Source: Thermoplasmatota archaeon
GTDB taxonomy: Archaea; Thermoplasmatota; Thermoplasmata; Thermoplasmatales; Thermoplasmataceae
Reading direction: 5' to 3'
Length of the DNA: 64,000 bases
Assembly (NCBI GenBank): GCA_023379825.1
Contig: JAMCPQ010000023.1
Span: 16 to 64,015, forward strand
Shown here: positions 19,933-30,067 of the stretch, one piece after another
Layout of the letters: each line of letters opens with the position of its first letter
Position numbering within the stretch: the first letter of the stretch is position 1
Translations under genes and position numbers: made by a program
The notes under the pieces: generated by a model
What the model saw: only the letters and a program-made list of their open reading frames with translations
The model's database searches: none
Told to the model about the DNA's origin: nothing

Positions 19933-20214
19933 TTGAAAATGCCGAAAGTAATTATGAGTTACTGCCCGAAATGCAAGAAGCACACCAAACACGAGGTAGA
20001 GAGGGTCAGGAAGAAAAAGGCGAGTGAGTTCAGGGCAGGACAGAGAAGGTTCAGAAGGGCAACATCAGGATTTGGAGGTTTCCCAAGGCCAAAGTATGAA
20101 GGCAGGGAAAAGCCGACCAAGAGGATTGCTCTGCGTCTCAGATGTACAACATGCAAGAAGGCTGTTACACCACAGGGAATAAGGGCGAAGAAATTCGAGC
20201 TAGTGGAGGCTTAA
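19933..20214 (+). CDS. rpl44e: 50S ribosomal protein eL42 (L44e)
   Basis: [24 protein letters not shown]; TTG start after SD AAGGTGA (or ATG 19939). Confidence 0.96.
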   Translation: MKMPKVIMSYCPKCKKHTKHEVERVRKKKASEFRAGQRRFRRATSGFGGFPRPKYEGREKPTKRIALRLRCTTCKKAVTPQGIRAKKFELVEA

Positions 20215-20216
20215 TC

Positions 20217-20426
20217 ATGTCAGAGGAGACTACTAAGAAGTTTGTTAAACCTAAAGGAATAGGAAACCGCTTTGTCAGGATAAAATGTAAGGATTGTGGC
20301 AATGTCCAGCCCACCTATACCAGAACCTCATCTGTGGTTGTGTGCAATATCTGCGGAGCAACTCTTTCAAGGCCAACAGGAGGCATAGCTGAAATATCCG
20401 CGGAGCTTGTTGGAGAAACAGAATGA
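20217..20426 (+). CDS. rps27e: 30S ribosomal protein eS27
   Basis: FVRIKCKDCGN, CNICGATLSRPTGG. Confidence 0.96.
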   Translation: MSEETTKKFVKPKGIGNRFVRIKCKDCGNVQPTYTRTSSVVVCNICGATLSRPTGGIAEISAELVGETE

Positions 20427-21181
20427 AGAAAGGACTTCCTGAGCCAGGTGACCTTGTAGTTGTCACCATAAAAAGCGTGAAGAATTTCGGTGCCAATGCG
20501 AAGCTCGAGGAGTACCCAAACTGTGAGGGTTTTGTTCACATAGCTGAAGTTGCCACAGGCTGGGTCAGACACATAAAGGATTATCTCAGGGAGGGGCAGA
20601 AGACTGTCTGCAAGGTACTGAGTGTGGATCCTTCAAGAAATTATGCTGAACTTTCACTGAAGAGAGTTAATGAACACCAGAAAAGGGAGAAGGTCTCAGA
20701 ATGGAAGAATGATCAGAGAGCGGACAAACTTCTTGAGATAGTTGCAAAATCTCTCAAGAAATCTGTTGAAGCCTGCAGAAAGGAATTTGCTGATGACCTG
20801 GTGAAGAGATTCGGCACACTTTATGAGGCTTTTGAGGATGCATCGGCAAGTGCTGATGAATGGCTTCCGGATCTTCAGGGAAAGTGGAAGGATGCCTTTG
20901 TCAGGGTGGCGAAGGAAAATGTTGTACTCCCGTACCTGAAGATCGGAGGGGTTGTTGAGGCCTATTCTCTTGAAAGTGACGGTGTTGAAAGAATAAGAAA
21001 CACCTTCAAGGATTCACTGGAGGAAAATGTAAGGATACAGTATGCCGGAGCTCCAAGGTACAATATAGTTGTAACTGAGAAAGATTATAAGTCGGCAGAA
21101 GATGTATTGAAAAGAGTCGTACAGAAGATCTCAGAGAATTCCAAAAAGTACAGCGTAGTCACTGAATTTACACGGAAATAG
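20423..21181 (+). CDS. eif2a: Translation initiation factor aIF2 alpha
   Basis: PEPGDLVV S1 domain, GFVHIAEVATGW, LSLKRV, GAPRY. Confidence 0.96.
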   Translation: MKKGLPEPGDLVVVTIKSVKNFGANAKLEEYPNCEGFVHIAEVATGWVRHIKDYLREGQKTVCKVLSVDPSRNYAELSLKRVNEHQKREKVSEWKNDQRADKLLEIVAKSLKKSVEACRKEFADDLVKRFGTLYEAFEDASASADEWLPDLQGKWKDAFVRVAKENVVLPYLKIGGVVEAYSLESDGVERIRNTFKDSLEENVRIQYAGAPRYNIVVTEKDYKSAEDVLKRVVQKISENSKKYSVVTEFTRK

Positions 21182-21189
21182 TGGTATAA

Positions 21190-21375
21190 TTGCGTTCGCT
21201 GATATACAGGTGCACCAAATGCCGGAATTACACCATGAGTGACAGATGCCCCAAATGTGGTGGGGTGGCTGTATATGCAATACCTCCGAGATTTTCCACG
21301 AATGACAGATTCCAGAAATACAGATTAATGGAAAGAGGGGGTAGTGATGGAAAAAATAATAATAAGACAGTATAA
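21190..21375 (+). CDS. nop10: H/ACA RNP protein Nop10
   Basis: CTKCRNYTM..CPKCG, PPRFS.NDRFQKYR. Confidence 0.93.
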   Translation: MRSLIYRCTKCRNYTMSDRCPKCGGVAVYAIPPRFSTNDRFQKYRLMERGGSDGKNNNKTV

Positions 21376-22105
21376 GAAGCCCAAGCTAAGCAGTCCTGTT
21401 CTTATTGGAGGACTTCCTGGCATTGGGAATGTAGGAAAGATAGCAGCTGATTATCTCATAGACAAATTCAAGATGGAAAAGCTGGCGGACATGTTCTCAC
21501 AGTATTTTCCACCTCAGGTTTTCATAGATGAGGAAGGAGTTGCAAGGCTGGTCAGAAATAGTATATATTACAAGAAATTCAGGGGAAAGCAGGATCTGCT
21601 CGTCCTTGTTGGGGATTTCCAGGGAACCACGCAGGAGGGTCAGTATGAGGTATCATACGCAATCCTCGAAATGCTGAAGCAGTTCGGGCTTTCAGGCGTG
21701 TATACCCTTGGGGGCTACAGCACCGGAAAGATCGTTGATGAACCCAGAGTTCTGGGAGCAGTTACAGATCCCGCAATGATTGAAAAACTCAAGGAAAGTG
21801 GCGTTGTATTCCCAAAGGGAGAGCCGGGCGGAGGAATAGTTGGCTCAGCAGGTGTGATACTGGGTATGTCAAGCGAGATGTTCTCCATTGGTGGTGCCTG
21901 CCTAATGGGTGAAACATCCGGTTATTTCGCCGATCCCAAGGGTGCGAGGGAAGTTGTGAAGGTTCTCAAAAATCTTCTGAATCTGGACATAAACCTTGAA
22001 GATCTGGATGAGAGGACAAAGCAGATTGAGCAGATTACCGGGCGCATGCAGGAGGAGGCTCAGACAAGAGCTCAACCTAAAGAGGACCTTGGATATTTCG
22101 GATAA
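21344..22105 (+). CDS. Proteasome assembly chaperone (PAC2 family)
   Basis: GLPGIGNVGK, TLGGY, CLMGET, C-terminal GYFG; conserved position after nop10. Confidence 0.92.
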   Translation: MMEKIIIRQYKKPKLSSPVLIGGLPGIGNVGKIAADYLIDKFKMEKLADMFSQYFPPQVFIDEEGVARLVRNSIYYKKFRGKQDLLVLVGDFQGTTQEGQYEVSYAILEMLKQFGLSGVYTLGGYSTGKIVDEPRVLGAVTDPAMIEKLKESGVVFPKGEPGGGIVGSAGVILGMSSEMFSIGGACLMGETSGYFADPKGAREVVKVLKNLLNLDINLEDLDERTKQIEQITGRMQEEAQTRAQPKEDLGYFG

Positions 22106-22143
22106 ATGCCACAAAACAATTTATCCGTATCTGTCTTCTCTTT

Positions 22144-24021
22144 TTGATGAGTTCCAGAAAAATTGATTCTCCCTCGGAGTTCAGGGAAACATCAATTTCA
22201 GAATTCTTTGAGAAGAACAGGCACATACTTGGATTTGACTCACTGCAGAAATCACTTTTCATGGTTATAAAGGAAGCGGTGGACAACTCGCTTGATGCAT
22301 GCGAGGAGTACCAGATCCTTCCAGACATATATGTTGAGATAAGCAGATCCGGTGATGATATTCTCACAGCCGTAATCGAGGATAATGGACCGGGTATATC
22401 ACGTAAGGAGGTCCCGAATGTTTTCGGGAGGCTTCTCTACGGTTCTAGATTCGGTACACTGCGTCAATCCCGTGGCCAGCAGGGGATTGGAATAACAGCA
22501 TCCATCCTCTATGGTCAGATCACAACTGCCCTGCCATCAAAGATCAGGACAAAGATGAGGCAGGACGATGTCGCTTATGATTTCCAGCTTGGCATCAATG
22601 TCAAGGAGAACAGAGCAGATATAATCAGTGAGAAGCCGGTTATATGGGAAAAGGAGAGTGGAACACGAATAGAGATACCACTGAAGGGGAAGTACCAGAC
22701 AGGGAAACAGTCTGTATTTGAGTATCTGAAAGAGTCGGCAATAGTGAATCCCAATGCACAGTTCACGTTTATTGATCCTGAGGGGAAGAAGGTCAGGATA
22801 GAACGTGTCGTTGAAAAGGCCTCCGTTCCTGCAAGATCTATAAAACCCCACCCAATGGGCCTTGAACTGGGAGAGCTTTTCCGCATGGCAAGGGCCGTTC
22901 CCAACAGAACCCTTGGTGAATTTTTGCTCCAGGATCTCAGCAGGGTAACACCAAGGACCCTGGACGATATGACATCAGCCTTTGGAATAGATTTTTCAAT
23001 CCCTGTTGAGAATCTGGAGATCCAGTACATGAAAGGTGTCATGGATGCCTTCAGTTCCGTGAAGATACTTCCTCCCCCCACGGATTGCCTTTCCCCACTT
23101 GGAAGTGACTTCATCAGGCGTGGGCTCAAGAACATATATGGAGAACTTCAGCCTCTATATTTCGGAAAGCCTGTGCAGAGACCTGTGTCAGTTCATAATG
23201 GCAATCCATTTTCAGTTGAGGTGGGGATCGTATATGGCGGGAACCTCCCGGCAGAGGAACAGGTCAGGATTGTAAGGTTTGCAAACAAGGTTCCTCTGCT
23301 TTATCAGCCTGGTGCCTGTGCAATAACCAGGGCAATTTCAGAGATGGACTGGAGGACTTACGGATTTGATCAGAGGGGAGGAAAAGGTGTCCCTTTTGGC
23401 CCGGCCATAATTCTTGTTCATGTTTTCGGCATAAGGCTGCCATTCACATCTGAGTCAAAGGAGGCAATAGCAGGCATTGACATCATAGTGGATGAGATCA
23501 TGGCAGCCCTCAAGACAGCAGCCAGAGGAGTGAGGGGTTTCATAAACAAGAGGGAGAAACGTTCAAAGATTTACGAGAAATTCACACTGGTAGAGAAGAT
23601 AATACCTGAGATAGGTTCAAAGAGTGCATCTCTTCTCGGGCTCCCGCAACCAGATATCTCAATGGTTCTTTCAAGGATCGCTAATGTTATCTTCGTGACC
23701 GAGTCATTCCAGAGAAACGAGGATCATTATGATGTGAAAGCTGAGGTGGTGAACTTCACAAGGAAGACAGCAACATTCAAGCTATACGCTGAGCCTCCGG
23801 GAGTGTCATCCCCTTCGGAGACCTTGAGCTTTGATGTCAGTGGTCTGGAGCCCTCCAGAAGGATCAGCTTTGAATTCCGGGTGAATGGAACATTCAATCA
23901 GTATCCCGGGACGGAATACTATTTCACAGGGATAGACCCAGTGTGGGTTCAGGGTGCAGAGCTGCTGCCCCCAGATTACTTCGAGGAAGAACTTAAGATA
24001 GAGGCTGAAACCGATGAATGA
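22144..24021 (+). CDS. top6B: DNA topoisomerase VI subunit B
   Basis: SEFFEKN, KEAVDNSLDA, EDNGPG, QSRGQQGIG, RFANKVPLLY. Confidence 0.97.
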   Translation: MMSSRKIDSPSEFRETSISEFFEKNRHILGFDSLQKSLFMVIKEAVDNSLDACEEYQILPDIYVEISRSGDDILTAVIEDNGPGISRKEVPNVFGRLLYGSRFGTLRQSRGQQGIGITASILYGQITTALPSKIRTKMRQDDVAYDFQLGINVKENRADIISEKPVIWEKESGTRIEIPLKGKYQTGKQSVFEYLKESAIVNPNAQFTFIDPEGKKVRIERVVEKASVPARSIKPHPMGLELGELFRMARAVPNRTLGEFLLQDLSRVTPRTLDDMTSAFGIDFSIPVENLEIQYMKGVMDAFSSVKILPPPTDCLSPLGSDFIRRGLKNIYGELQPLYFGKPVQRPVSVHNGNPFSVEVGIVYGGNLPAEEQVRIVRFANKVPLLYQPGACAITRAISEMDWRTYGFDQRGGKGVPFGPAIILVHVFGIRLPFTSESKEAIAGIDIIVDEIMAALKTAARGVRGFINKREKRSKIYEKFTLVEKIIPEIGSKSASLLGLPQPDISMVLSRIANVIFVTESFQRNEDHYDVKAEVVNFTRKTATFKLYAEPPGVSSPSETLSFDVSGLEPSRRISFEFRVNGTFNQYPGTEYYFTGIDPVWVQGAELLPPDYFEEELKIEAETDE

Positions 24022-25105
24022 GACACCTGCAGAAAAAAAATTCAGGGAAATAATAAGTTCAATCCATTCTTCCATTGCAGGGGGGGACGTTCCGGAAATA
24101 CAGATGGCATCAAGGAACAAGGATAATATTGTTCTGGACTACCTTTCATCTGTATGGAAGTATGGGGACTCCACTGTGACAAGAAGTGCCAGGAGCCTGG
24201 ATGGGGCTAAGTACATTCTTAAATTACTCTACATGGTGGAATTTATAGAGAGTATGATACAGACCAACAAATCGTCAACCCTCAGAGAAATGTACTATAT
24301 ATCTGAAGGGTGGAATCTGGCCAAATTCGGAGCTCAGGATGAATCCAACATGATGGCCGAGGATCTGGAGGTTCTTTCATCACTTCTCAGGGAGGACTTC
24401 AAGTTAAGGCCAGAGGAGAATGGAGCCAGTATAATGGGTAATATCACCGTGGAGGAAAAGACAAGAAAGGGTGAATTCAAGAAGATAAACTGCAAGGACG
24501 ATGTAGGGGACAGCGGTTACCCTATCCCTTACAATGTGGAGGAGGAAAAACTCAGAATAAAGGATGTTGATGCGGATTTCATTCTTGCCATAGAGACGGG
24601 AGGAATGTTTGACAGGCTTGTGGAGAATGGTTTCGACGAGGAGAGCCGTTCGCTACTGGTGCACCTGAAGGGCCAGCCGGCAAGAAGCACAAGAAGGCTG
24701 CTGAAAAGGCTGAATACTGAAAGGAATCTTCCGGTATATGTATTCACTGACGGGGATCCATGGTCATTCAGAATATTCGGCTCCATTGCGTACGGCGCCA
24801 TAAAGACTGCGCACATATCAGAATACCTTGCAGTTCCGACAGCAGAATTTATAGGTATAACAGCATCAGATATACTGAACTACGATCTTCCAACAGACAA
24901 ACTGAGCGACAGGGATGTTGCCGCCCTCAACTCTGAACTGAAGGATCCAAGATTCAATTCGGAGTTCTGGGTTCAGGAGATTGAGACCATGCTCAGAATC
25001 GGAAAAAAGGCTGAGCAGCAGGCTCTTGCCAAGTATGGGCTGGATTACGTGACAAAAACTTACCTGCCGGAAAAACTATCAGAGATAGACGGATTCAGAG
25101 GATGA
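24014..25105 (+). CDS. top6A: DNA topoisomerase VI subunit A
   Basis: STLREMYY (catalytic Tyr), IETGG, TDGDP, KAEQQAL. Confidence 0.97.
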   Translation: MNETPAEKKFREIISSIHSSIAGGDVPEIQMASRNKDNIVLDYLSSVWKYGDSTVTRSARSLDGAKYILKLLYMVEFIESMIQTNKSSTLREMYYISEGWNLAKFGAQDESNMMAEDLEVLSSLLREDFKLRPEENGASIMGNITVEEKTRKGEFKKINCKDDVGDSGYPIPYNVEEEKLRIKDVDADFILAIETGGMFDRLVENGFDEESRSLLVHLKGQPARSTRRLLKRLNTERNLPVYVFTDGDPWSFRIFGSIAYGAIKTAHISEYLAVPTAEFIGITASDILNYDLPTDKLSDRDVAALNSELKDPRFNSEFWVQEIETMLRIGKKAEQQALAKYGLDYVTKTYLPEKLSEIDGFRG

Positions 25106-25109
25106 TTGC

Positions 25110-25913
25110 ATGAAGGTTTCATTGATACAATTTCAGTCAGGACCAGATAAAGCGGAGAATCTGGAGAGATCTCTGGGTTTCCTTAAGGATGCACTGAAGG
25201 GGAAACCTGATCTTGTGATATTTCCAGAGTATCATATGCATGTCCCGGACTATGCAAATCCGGATAAGACTGCAGCCGAAGCGGAACCTGTTGATGGTCC
25301 CTTTGTTCAGCAGCTTTCATCAGTAATGAAAGGTTCAGGAGCTTACCTGCTGACAAACATTGCTGAGAAGAACTCATATGCACTCCGTCCTTTTAACACA
25401 TCAGTTCTTGTTGACAGTATGGGCATAGTTTGCGGCAAATACAGAAAAACACACCTTTTTGACGCCTACTCCATGAAAGAGAGCAGTATCTTTGAACCAG
25501 GGAGGATGCAGGTCAAGCCTTTTGGAATAGGAAAAACAAATATCGGCTCCCTGATCTGTTATGATTTGAGATTCCCTGAACCATCAAGGATTCTGAGGAT
25601 CACCGGTGCAAGCATCCTTTCCTATCAGGCAGGATGGTTTTCAGGTAAGAGGAAACTGGATACCTGGCGGAACCTCCTAGTTTCAAGGGCCACTGAAAAT
25701 GGAGCTTTTGTGCTTGCTACTGCCCAGTGCGGTGAGAAGTTCACAGGCCATTCCATGGTCGTGAGTCCATATGGAGATATCATAAAGGAACTGGACAACA
25801 GTGAGGGGATACTTACAGTTGAGATCGATATGGATATGGTTCAGAAATATCTTGAAGAGGTTCCGGTTCTTAAGGAGAGGCGTCTGGACCTTTACGACGT
25901 GTCCGGTTTCTGA
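25110..25913 (+). CDS. Carbon-nitrogen hydrolase (Nit1-like amidase)
   Basis: FPE, YRKTHLFD, ICYDLRFPE, RATEN triad motifs. Confidence 0.92.
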   Translation: MKVSLIQFQSGPDKAENLERSLGFLKDALKGKPDLVIFPEYHMHVPDYANPDKTAAEAEPVDGPFVQQLSSVMKGSGAYLLTNIAEKNSYALRPFNTSVLVDSMGIVCGKYRKTHLFDAYSMKESSIFEPGRMQVKPFGIGKTNIGSLICYDLRFPEPSRILRITGASILSYQAGWFSGKRKLDTWRNLLVSRATENGAFVLATAQCGEKFTGHSMVVSPYGDIIKELDNSEGILTVEIDMDMVQKYLEEVPVLKERRLDLYDVSGF

Positions 25914-26647
25914 GAGGCAATGAATCGAAGAATCTCCCTTACGGAATGAAAATCCTTTACCCTGAAGTGCGCTTTAGTGTCACCTGTCCCGACCTTGACA
26001 GTAATGGCATCAGGATTTACTGAGAAAGCATCCTCATCTGTCAGGTCGTCCCCTATTATGATGGCAGGCCTTTCTTTACGGATGCCCTGTATTGCCATAC
26101 CTTTGTTAATTCCAGGTATCCTGAGTTCATATATCTTGACTCCGGGATAGAAATCAAGCTTCAGTCTCACTGACTCATCCATCAGAAATTTCTCCAGTCC
26201 ACGTACATCAGATTCCTTCATCCCCCAGAGAGAAAAGCTAACAGCTCCCCCTTTGTCCTTAATTACAACTCCGGGGAATCTTTTCCTGATTTCGTTTTCC
26301 TCCTCCATTATGAGACTGAATGCCGGTCTGTATTGCTCAAACAATGGATTGACTGAAGTTTCTCCGTTCTTGGGTCTAACAACAAGGCCGTGAAGACCTA
26401 CTATGTTGAAGTCTGTGCCGATGAACCCGGAAATGGATTCAAGTGATCTGCCTGTAACTATCCAGAGGTTATATGCGCTGTCAAGTTTTTTCAGAAGGTC
26501 CAGCAGCTCCGTGTCAGCTGTTGCAGCATCTGCATCAGGCTGAATCGGGACAAGTGTACCGTCATAGTCCAGAAATATTATGGGGTTATCATTCAGGAGA
26601 GTTGTGAGCGCTTTCTTTACTTCTGAAATCCCGGCCTCCATGCTCAT
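25892..26647 (-). CDS. otsB: Trehalose-6-phosphate phosphatase
   Basis: FLDYDGTL, VTGR, NKG, IGDDLTDEDAF. Confidence 0.95.
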   Translation of the reverse strand: MSMEAGISEVKKALTTLLNDNPIIFLDYDGTLVPIQPDADAATADTELLDLLKKLDSAYNLWIVTGRSLESISGFIGTDFNIVGLHGLVVRPKNGETSVNPLFEQYRPAFSLIMEEENEIRKRFPGVVIKDKGGAVSFSLWGMKESDVRGLEKFLMDESVRLKLDFYPGVKIYELRIPGINKGMAIQGIRKERPAIIIGDDLTDEDAFSVNPDAITVKVGTGDTKAHFRVKDFHSVREILRFIASQKPDTS

Positions 26648-27968
26648 GGATCCTGATGGCTTCGTTCTTTATGCTGTTTAGCCACCATTCAAGATCATAT
26701 TTCTGAATTGTCCTCTTAAGGGCCCAGAGTCTTCTTGTGATTTCATTGGGTTCCATGAACATTGCCTCATGTATTTTCTGCGCAACCTCATCAGGATCGT
26801 TTGGATTGACGAGAATTGCATCCTTCAGATTGAATGCAGCACCAGCGAACTCAGACAGTATGAGAATTCCATTCTGGGAAGCCGCAACAAACTCCTTGCT
26901 CACAAGGTTAAGGCCATCTATCAGCGGGGTGATGAGTGCAATATCGGCCTTCCTGTAATAGCTCATAAGGAGCGTGTCTGAAACCTTTCTGTAGATATAT
27001 ACGATGGGCTGCCAGGAGAGATCTGAGTAGAGCCCGTTAACCCTTCCAATTGTCATCTCCAGTTCCCGTTTTAGTTCCTCATACTGTGTTACAGAGGTTC
27101 TGCTTGGTGTCACTACCATAACATAGATGAACTTCTCCCTGGACTTGGGGAATTTCTTTATCAGGGTCTCTATGGCCATAACCCTGCTGATAAGGCCCTT
27201 TGTGTAATCGAGCCTGTCCACAGAGAATATAAGTTTTCTTCCCTTGAGCGCCTTGGAGGGAAGACCGGCGAAATTGTTGGACGAATAATACTTCACATCT
27301 ATGCCCAGAGAGAAAACGAATGTTTTGTCCTTCAGGCCCTCATCAGAGCCGAAGAGCATTTTCGCTGATTCGTGAAAATTCCTCTCATAGAGATGTGTAT
27401 GGAATGTAATCATGTCTGCCTTTGTTACGCTGGACAGAAGTATCTTAGCCTCAGGAAGGATTGAATAAAACTCGCTTGCGACCCATGGAATGTGCCACGT
27501 GAATATTATCAGGTTCCGGACACCCTTTTCCCTCAGCATGCCGGGAACTAGCATCAGCTGGTAGTCATGGACCCATATGATGGTATCCTTTGTGAGATGC
27601 TCCATGATTTTTTCGGCAAATTTTCTGTTCACGTCCTCATACTTTTTGTAACCGTTCGGGCTAAGCTTCATCTGGTCTCTGAAATAGTGGAAAAGGGGCC
27701 ATAGTGTGCCGTTTGAATAATCATCATAGAAACCCTTTTTCTCCCTCTGCTCAAGCATTATCCTGGAAATGTGGTAGCCTTCATACTCCTCTTCCAGATA
27801 GCGGTTGTCGGCATTCCCGTCTCCCCAGCTAACCCAGGTTCCTCCCTCCTGCATCATCAGCCTCCTGAGGGCTGTAACAACACCGCCTACGTTCTTTTTA
27901 AGGCTCTCACGCCCACTTACAATCTCATGGCTGACAGGTGCACGGCTTGTAACCACAAGATATTTCAT
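26589..27968 (-). CDS. otsA: Trehalose-6-phosphate synthase
   Basis: LWPLFHY, WVHDYQL, VDRLDYTKG, DGLNLVSKE. Confidence 0.96.
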   Translation of the reverse strand: MKYLVVTSRAPVSHEIVSGRESLKKNVGGVVTALRRLMMQEGGTWVSWGDGNADNRYLEEEYEGYHISRIMLEQREKKGFYDDYSNGTLWPLFHYFRDQMKLSPNGYKKYEDVNRKFAEKIMEHLTKDTIIWVHDYQLMLVPGMLREKGVRNLIIFTWHIPWVASEFYSILPEAKILLSSVTKADMITFHTHLYERNFHESAKMLFGSDEGLKDKTFVFSLGIDVKYYSSNNFAGLPSKALKGRKLIFSVDRLDYTKGLISRVMAIETLIKKFPKSREKFIYVMVVTPSRTSVTQYEELKRELEMTIGRVNGLYSDLSWQPIVYIYRKVSDTLLMSYYRKADIALITPLIDGLNLVSKEFVAASQNGILILSEFAGAAFNLKDAILVNPNDPDEVAQKIHEAMFMEPNEITRRLWALKRTIQKYDLEWWLNSIKNEAIRIHEHGGRDFRSKESAHNSPE

Positions 27969-28097
27969 GAATAATTATATTCTGATGCTATATAACATTT
28001 GAGAACATTGAGCCGTCATATCTTTTTACATGTTATATTGGGGGTACCAGCATGGTCTGGTAATAACAATTAAATACATGTGAGAAATAACTGGAGC

Positions 28098-28216
28098 GTG
28101 ACGGCTTGAGCATCAAGGTCACACCCGGTCTCATTCCGAACCCGACGGTAAAGCTTGGTGCAGGTCGTATGTGTACTGTCTTCCGCGAGGGGACGGGAAA
28201 TGCGACTGGCTGTCAT
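28098..28216 (+). rRNA. rrf: 5S rRNA, not linked to 16S/23S
   Basis: Helix I GTGACGGC/GCTGTCAT, CATTCCGAAC loop C, TGTACTG..GCGAG..GGGAAA; TTAAATA at 28070 upstream; T-run downstream. Confidence 0.93.
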
Positions 28217-28225
28217 TTTTAATTG

Positions 28226-28840
28226 TTATTTATTATAACTCTGGGAAGGACTAGATTTTCTTAGTATCTGAAGCCGGTATTGCGGGAGGAATTCCAGGGT
28301 AATTTCAGATATTATCTTCACTTCTGATGGCAGATCATTTTCCGAGGATCTACCTGCTGAAACATTTCCAATGTAAAGATCACCGTAGAAGAAAAAGGAA
28401 TCCGGATTCATTATATCCAGCAGATTTTTGAGAGCACTTCTCCTTCCTTTTCCAAGATTGTGGAGAACTAGATTCGAGACAATCATGTCGTAATTTCCAA
28501 GAGAATGCAGTGGCTTTGAGAGGTCAGCAGCAATAAATCTGACTCTTTCACTGATTCCTAGTATCTCCATGTTCTTTTCTGCACCTGGCATATTTATCTC
28601 TTTAAGGCTTCCATCTTTGAATAGATCAACACCTGTGATCACCGCATTGCGAAAATAAGAAGCCACAACATCACAGAGAAACCCTAGCCCGCAACCCGCA
28701 TCCAGCACGGAAATATTCTGGCTGCTGCTTAAGCCGGATTGTTTGAAGGCCTTATTGAAAAGATCTCTGACTGAATCTCTCAGGATTTCAGACTGTTTTC
28801 TGCTTGAATGGTGATAGATCCCGAAGTCCGGTTCCTGCAT
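28226..28840 (-). CDS. Class I SAM-dependent methyltransferase
   Basis: VLDAGCGLG, GVD, YDMIVSNLVLHN. Confidence 0.88.
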   Translation of the reverse strand: MQEPDFGIYHHSSRKQSEILRDSVRDLFNKAFKQSGLSSSQNISVLDAGCGLGFLCDVVASYFRNAVITGVDLFKDGSLKEINMPGAEKNMEILGISERVRFIAADLSKPLHSLGNYDMIVSNLVLHNLGKGRRSALKNLLDIMNPDSFFFYGDLYIGNVSAGRSSENDLPSEVKIISEITLEFLPQYRLQILRKSSPSQSYNK

Positions 28841-28889
28841 GATTGCAGATTCGGGACAGGCTTAAAATGTTGCCTGAAGTTTCTGAATA

Positions 28890-30044
28890 TCACTGGAAAC
28901 TATCTATGAGCCTTTCCTCTGAGAATAGGAACTCTTCATAACTTTCAACAGTTTCCTCTCTCTTTTCCTTGAGCTGAGCCAGAACCTGGGAGATCTTCTC
29001 TGCCACCATTGTCTTCAGCTCCCCGGAAAGCATTGCACCAGTTCTGTAATCCTCTCGTATCCGGCTGACTTTTGCCTGATCTTCCTCAATGAGTCTGTAT
29101 ACATTGAAAGAGAAGTCTACGTCAGGATTCGCTCCGTATTTCCTCTGTTCCTCTGCTGTATCTCTCCCTCCGGAGAATGCATATTTCATTATCTTCTTTC
29201 TGACAACCTGGGGACTATCGTCAAGGAAAATTCCGCTGTTTGGATCCGAAGAGGACATCTTCCCTCCACCCTTCAAAGAGGGAAGAAACTTAGACATGAT
29301 TGAGGATGGTTTCAGGTATCCCAGTTTGGGAAACACATCTCTGGAAACCTTGAAGTGTGGGTCCTGATCTATGGCATGAGGTATGAGGCATCTGACATTT
29401 CTACCTAGCAGTGAACTTACCAGAAAGGCCGGAACAGACTGTATGCTTGTGAAGAAATATTTGCCCACATTATCACTGTCCTGAAAACCGAATACAGCTT
29501 TTGAAAGTGTTACGTTGATGTGCCTTGAAACCTCAACTGCTCTCCTGTAAAGAGTGGAGCCATTTAGGGAGTCTATGAGAATATGTGTTTTCTGCGGATC
29601 AAATCCCAGACTGAGTATGTCAAGGATATTGTTTCGTGTCACTTCTGAAAGTTCCTTCCATTCAAGGTCACGGAAAAGATACTTTTCATCATCGGTTATC
29701 TGAATTATGAGGTTTACATCAAATGATTTCTGGAGCCATCTTGTAAACATAAATGGGAGAAGATGCCCCAGATGCATCTTTCCTGATGGCCCCCTTCCTG
29801 TGTATAGATAGAAACCATTTCCATTTTCAACGTCATTCAGAACAAGATCCAGATCCCTGTGCGCAAAAAAGACCCCCTGATCAAGAAAGGGGTTCGTTCC
29901 TCCGGCCAGCCTCTCAAGCCTATTCCGTAAATCATTATCTATGATCCCTGCACCGAATTCTCTGGCAATTCTTAGATAGTCACCCTCCCCAAGAGATTCA
30001 GAAACCTCCCATGGAGTAACTTCCCTGTTGTCGTTCAATGGCAT
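28890..30044 (-). CDS. trpS: Tryptophanyl-tRNA synthetase
   Basis: YLYTGRGPS, MHLGH, IDQDPHF, KMSSS. Confidence 0.97.
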   Translation of the reverse strand: MPLNDNREVTPWEVSESLGEGDYLRIAREFGAGIIDNDLRNRLERLAGGTNPFLDQGVFFAHRDLDLVLNDVENGNGFYLYTGRGPSGKMHLGHLLPFMFTRWLQKSFDVNLIIQITDDEKYLFRDLEWKELSEVTRNNILDILSLGFDPQKTHILIDSLNGSTLYRRAVEVSRHINVTLSKAVFGFQDSDNVGKYFFTSIQSVPAFLVSSLLGRNVRCLIPHAIDQDPHFKVSRDVFPKLGYLKPSSIMSKFLPSLKGGGKMSSSDPNSGIFLDDSPQVVRKKIMKYAFSGGRDTAEEQRKYGANPDVDFSFNVYRLIEEDQAKVSRIREDYRTGAMLSGELKTMVAEKISQVLAQLKEKREETVESYEEFLFSEERLIDSFQ

Positions 30045-30067
30045 GTAAAGCGCATCTGGATTAAATT

